DNA of 64,000 nucleotides from a plasmid: sequence record NZ_CP018188.1; one strand, 5' to 3'. Shown piece by piece: positions 63,232 to 64,000 of this stretch (position 1 is its first letter; each line of letters starts with the position of its first letter). The notes under the pieces were generated by a model. It saw only the letters and a program-made list of their open reading frames with translations, ran no database searches and was not told where the DNA came from. The position numbers and the translations under genes were made by a program.

Positions 63232-63362
63232 AACATAAAGAAAATTTCTAACCAAATATTGAACAGACGGCTATTCCAAATATCTGAAACATTTCAATTT
63301 ATGACAATCAATAATAGAAAAGGATAACATCTCCTCAAGAAGATATTATCCTTTTTTTATGA

Positions 63363-63959
63363 TTAAACGAAATCAAATAGTGAAATTTCTTCGTAGACTT
63401 CTACTTCTACTACCTCATTAACAGAGGTTTCAGTAACTACCTCTGTAGAAACATTGTCATTATGTTCTTCAGTCATTCCAAAGAGTGCAGAAATACTTTC
63501 TAGGAAGACATCAGCCATATCAAGAACTTCTTGTGAAACAACAACATGAGTCGTTTCTTCAACGGTTTCTTGAGCAACTACTACTTCTTCCTCGAAGGCA
63601 GCCTCTGCTTCATCTACTGACTCATCGATAACTTCAACAAGTTCGCTTTCTTCATCAGGATTATAGCTAGCACTATATTCCTCAGTGATTGAGCTAACTT
63701 TTACATCAGAGTCCTCATCCATCTCTGGATGGTCTGCCTTGTACTGTGATTCGAAAGCATTGATAACTTCTTCAATTTGCTCTACAGTAGGCTTCTTAGA
63801 CTCGTCCTCGACTTCGATAAGAGGATTAACAATGGCACGTTTAGCTGATACATAGTCAAGACGAGCTTGATCTGCAAAAACATCTGCAGCTTCTCCTCGC
63901 TTAATAGTTTCTGAACAACGGTCAATGTTTTCCTGTAAGAGTTTGGCTTGTTTATCCAT
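63363..63959 (-). CDS. highly acidic hypothetical protein (about 198 aa)
   Basis: E/D/V-rich low-complexity ORF. The frame stays open beyond 63959, so the true start may be upstream. Confidence 0.4.
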   Translation of the reverse strand: MDKQAKLLQENIDRCSETIKRGEAADVFADQARLDYVSAKRAIVNPLIEVEDESKKPTVEQIEEVINAFESQYKADHPEMDEDSDVKVSSITEEYSASYNPDEESELVEVIDESVDEAEAAFEEEVVVAQETVEETTHVVVSQEVLDMADVFLESISALFGMTEEHNDNVSTEVVTETSVNEVVEVEVYEEISLFDFV

Positions 63960-64000
63960 ACCATCAATAACATTGTTGATACGCTGGATAGTCCCAATAC

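Noticed and set aside
1-64000. CRISPR arrays, tRNA and rRNA genes
   Set aside because: No regularly spaced direct repeats with unique spacers, no tRNA T-loop/acceptor signatures (GGTTCGAATCC-type) and no rRNA-like conserved stretches were found. The tandem repeats seen are coding (4729-4794; 16370-16410).

Overview
The window reads as an AT-rich, IS-riddled accessory region of an oral or viridans-group Streptococcus (S. salivarius-like, possibly a megaplasmid). No rRNA, tRNA or CRISPR arrays are visible.

Layout from left to right:
- 1-8.5 kb: hypothetical genes and two sortase-anchored (LPXTG) surface proteins. One is an intact 846-aa YSIRK/LPNTG adhesin; the other is a frameshifted Ser/Thr-rich protein.
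- 8.6-15.8 kb: a decayed stretch holding several frameshifted genes, including a SIR2_2-like defence gene remnant and a doubly frameshifted umuC followed by an intact yolD-like gene.
- 16.9-26 kb: an IS110-family element, an integrase-associated module (XRE regulator, tyrosine integrase, five unknown genes) and IS30 / IS200 / IS3-like fragments.
- 26.3-30.8 kb: a divergent SHMT-like PLP enzyme, an N-terminal STAND-type NTPase with TPR repeats, and a tyrosine recombinase.
- 31.2-32.4 kb: a pezA/pezT (epsilon/zeta) toxin-antitoxin pair nearly identical to the pneumococcal one.
- 35-39.3 kb: further IS110-family copies (two distinct types, both disrupted) and an IS30 remnant.

Two bacteriocin loci stand out:
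- 52.8-62.8 kb: a complete salivaricin A-type class II lantibiotic locus on the minus strand, in the order salA, salM, salT, salX, salY, salK, salR. Its 48-aa precursor gene is below the ORF-track size cutoff.
- 39.3-45.7 kb: a previously uncalled, apparently novel RiPP cluster flanked by an IS30 remnant and an intact ISL3 element. A 39-aa Cys-rich precursor (MADEVISLGLDVEEVSLSYLQTQGVVAGSLLSCCGCGDE) is transcribed divergently from an operon encoding a SagB-type nitroreductase-fold dehydrogenase, a tentatively YcaO-like protein, a ThiF/E1-like protein and two ABC half-transporters. The composition is TOMM/LAP-like.

Other observations: a promoter-plus-terminator-bounded ~150-nt candidate sRNA, repeated ISL3-end/hairpin modules targeted by IS110 copies, and a recurring GGTGTCACTGGGTT motif.
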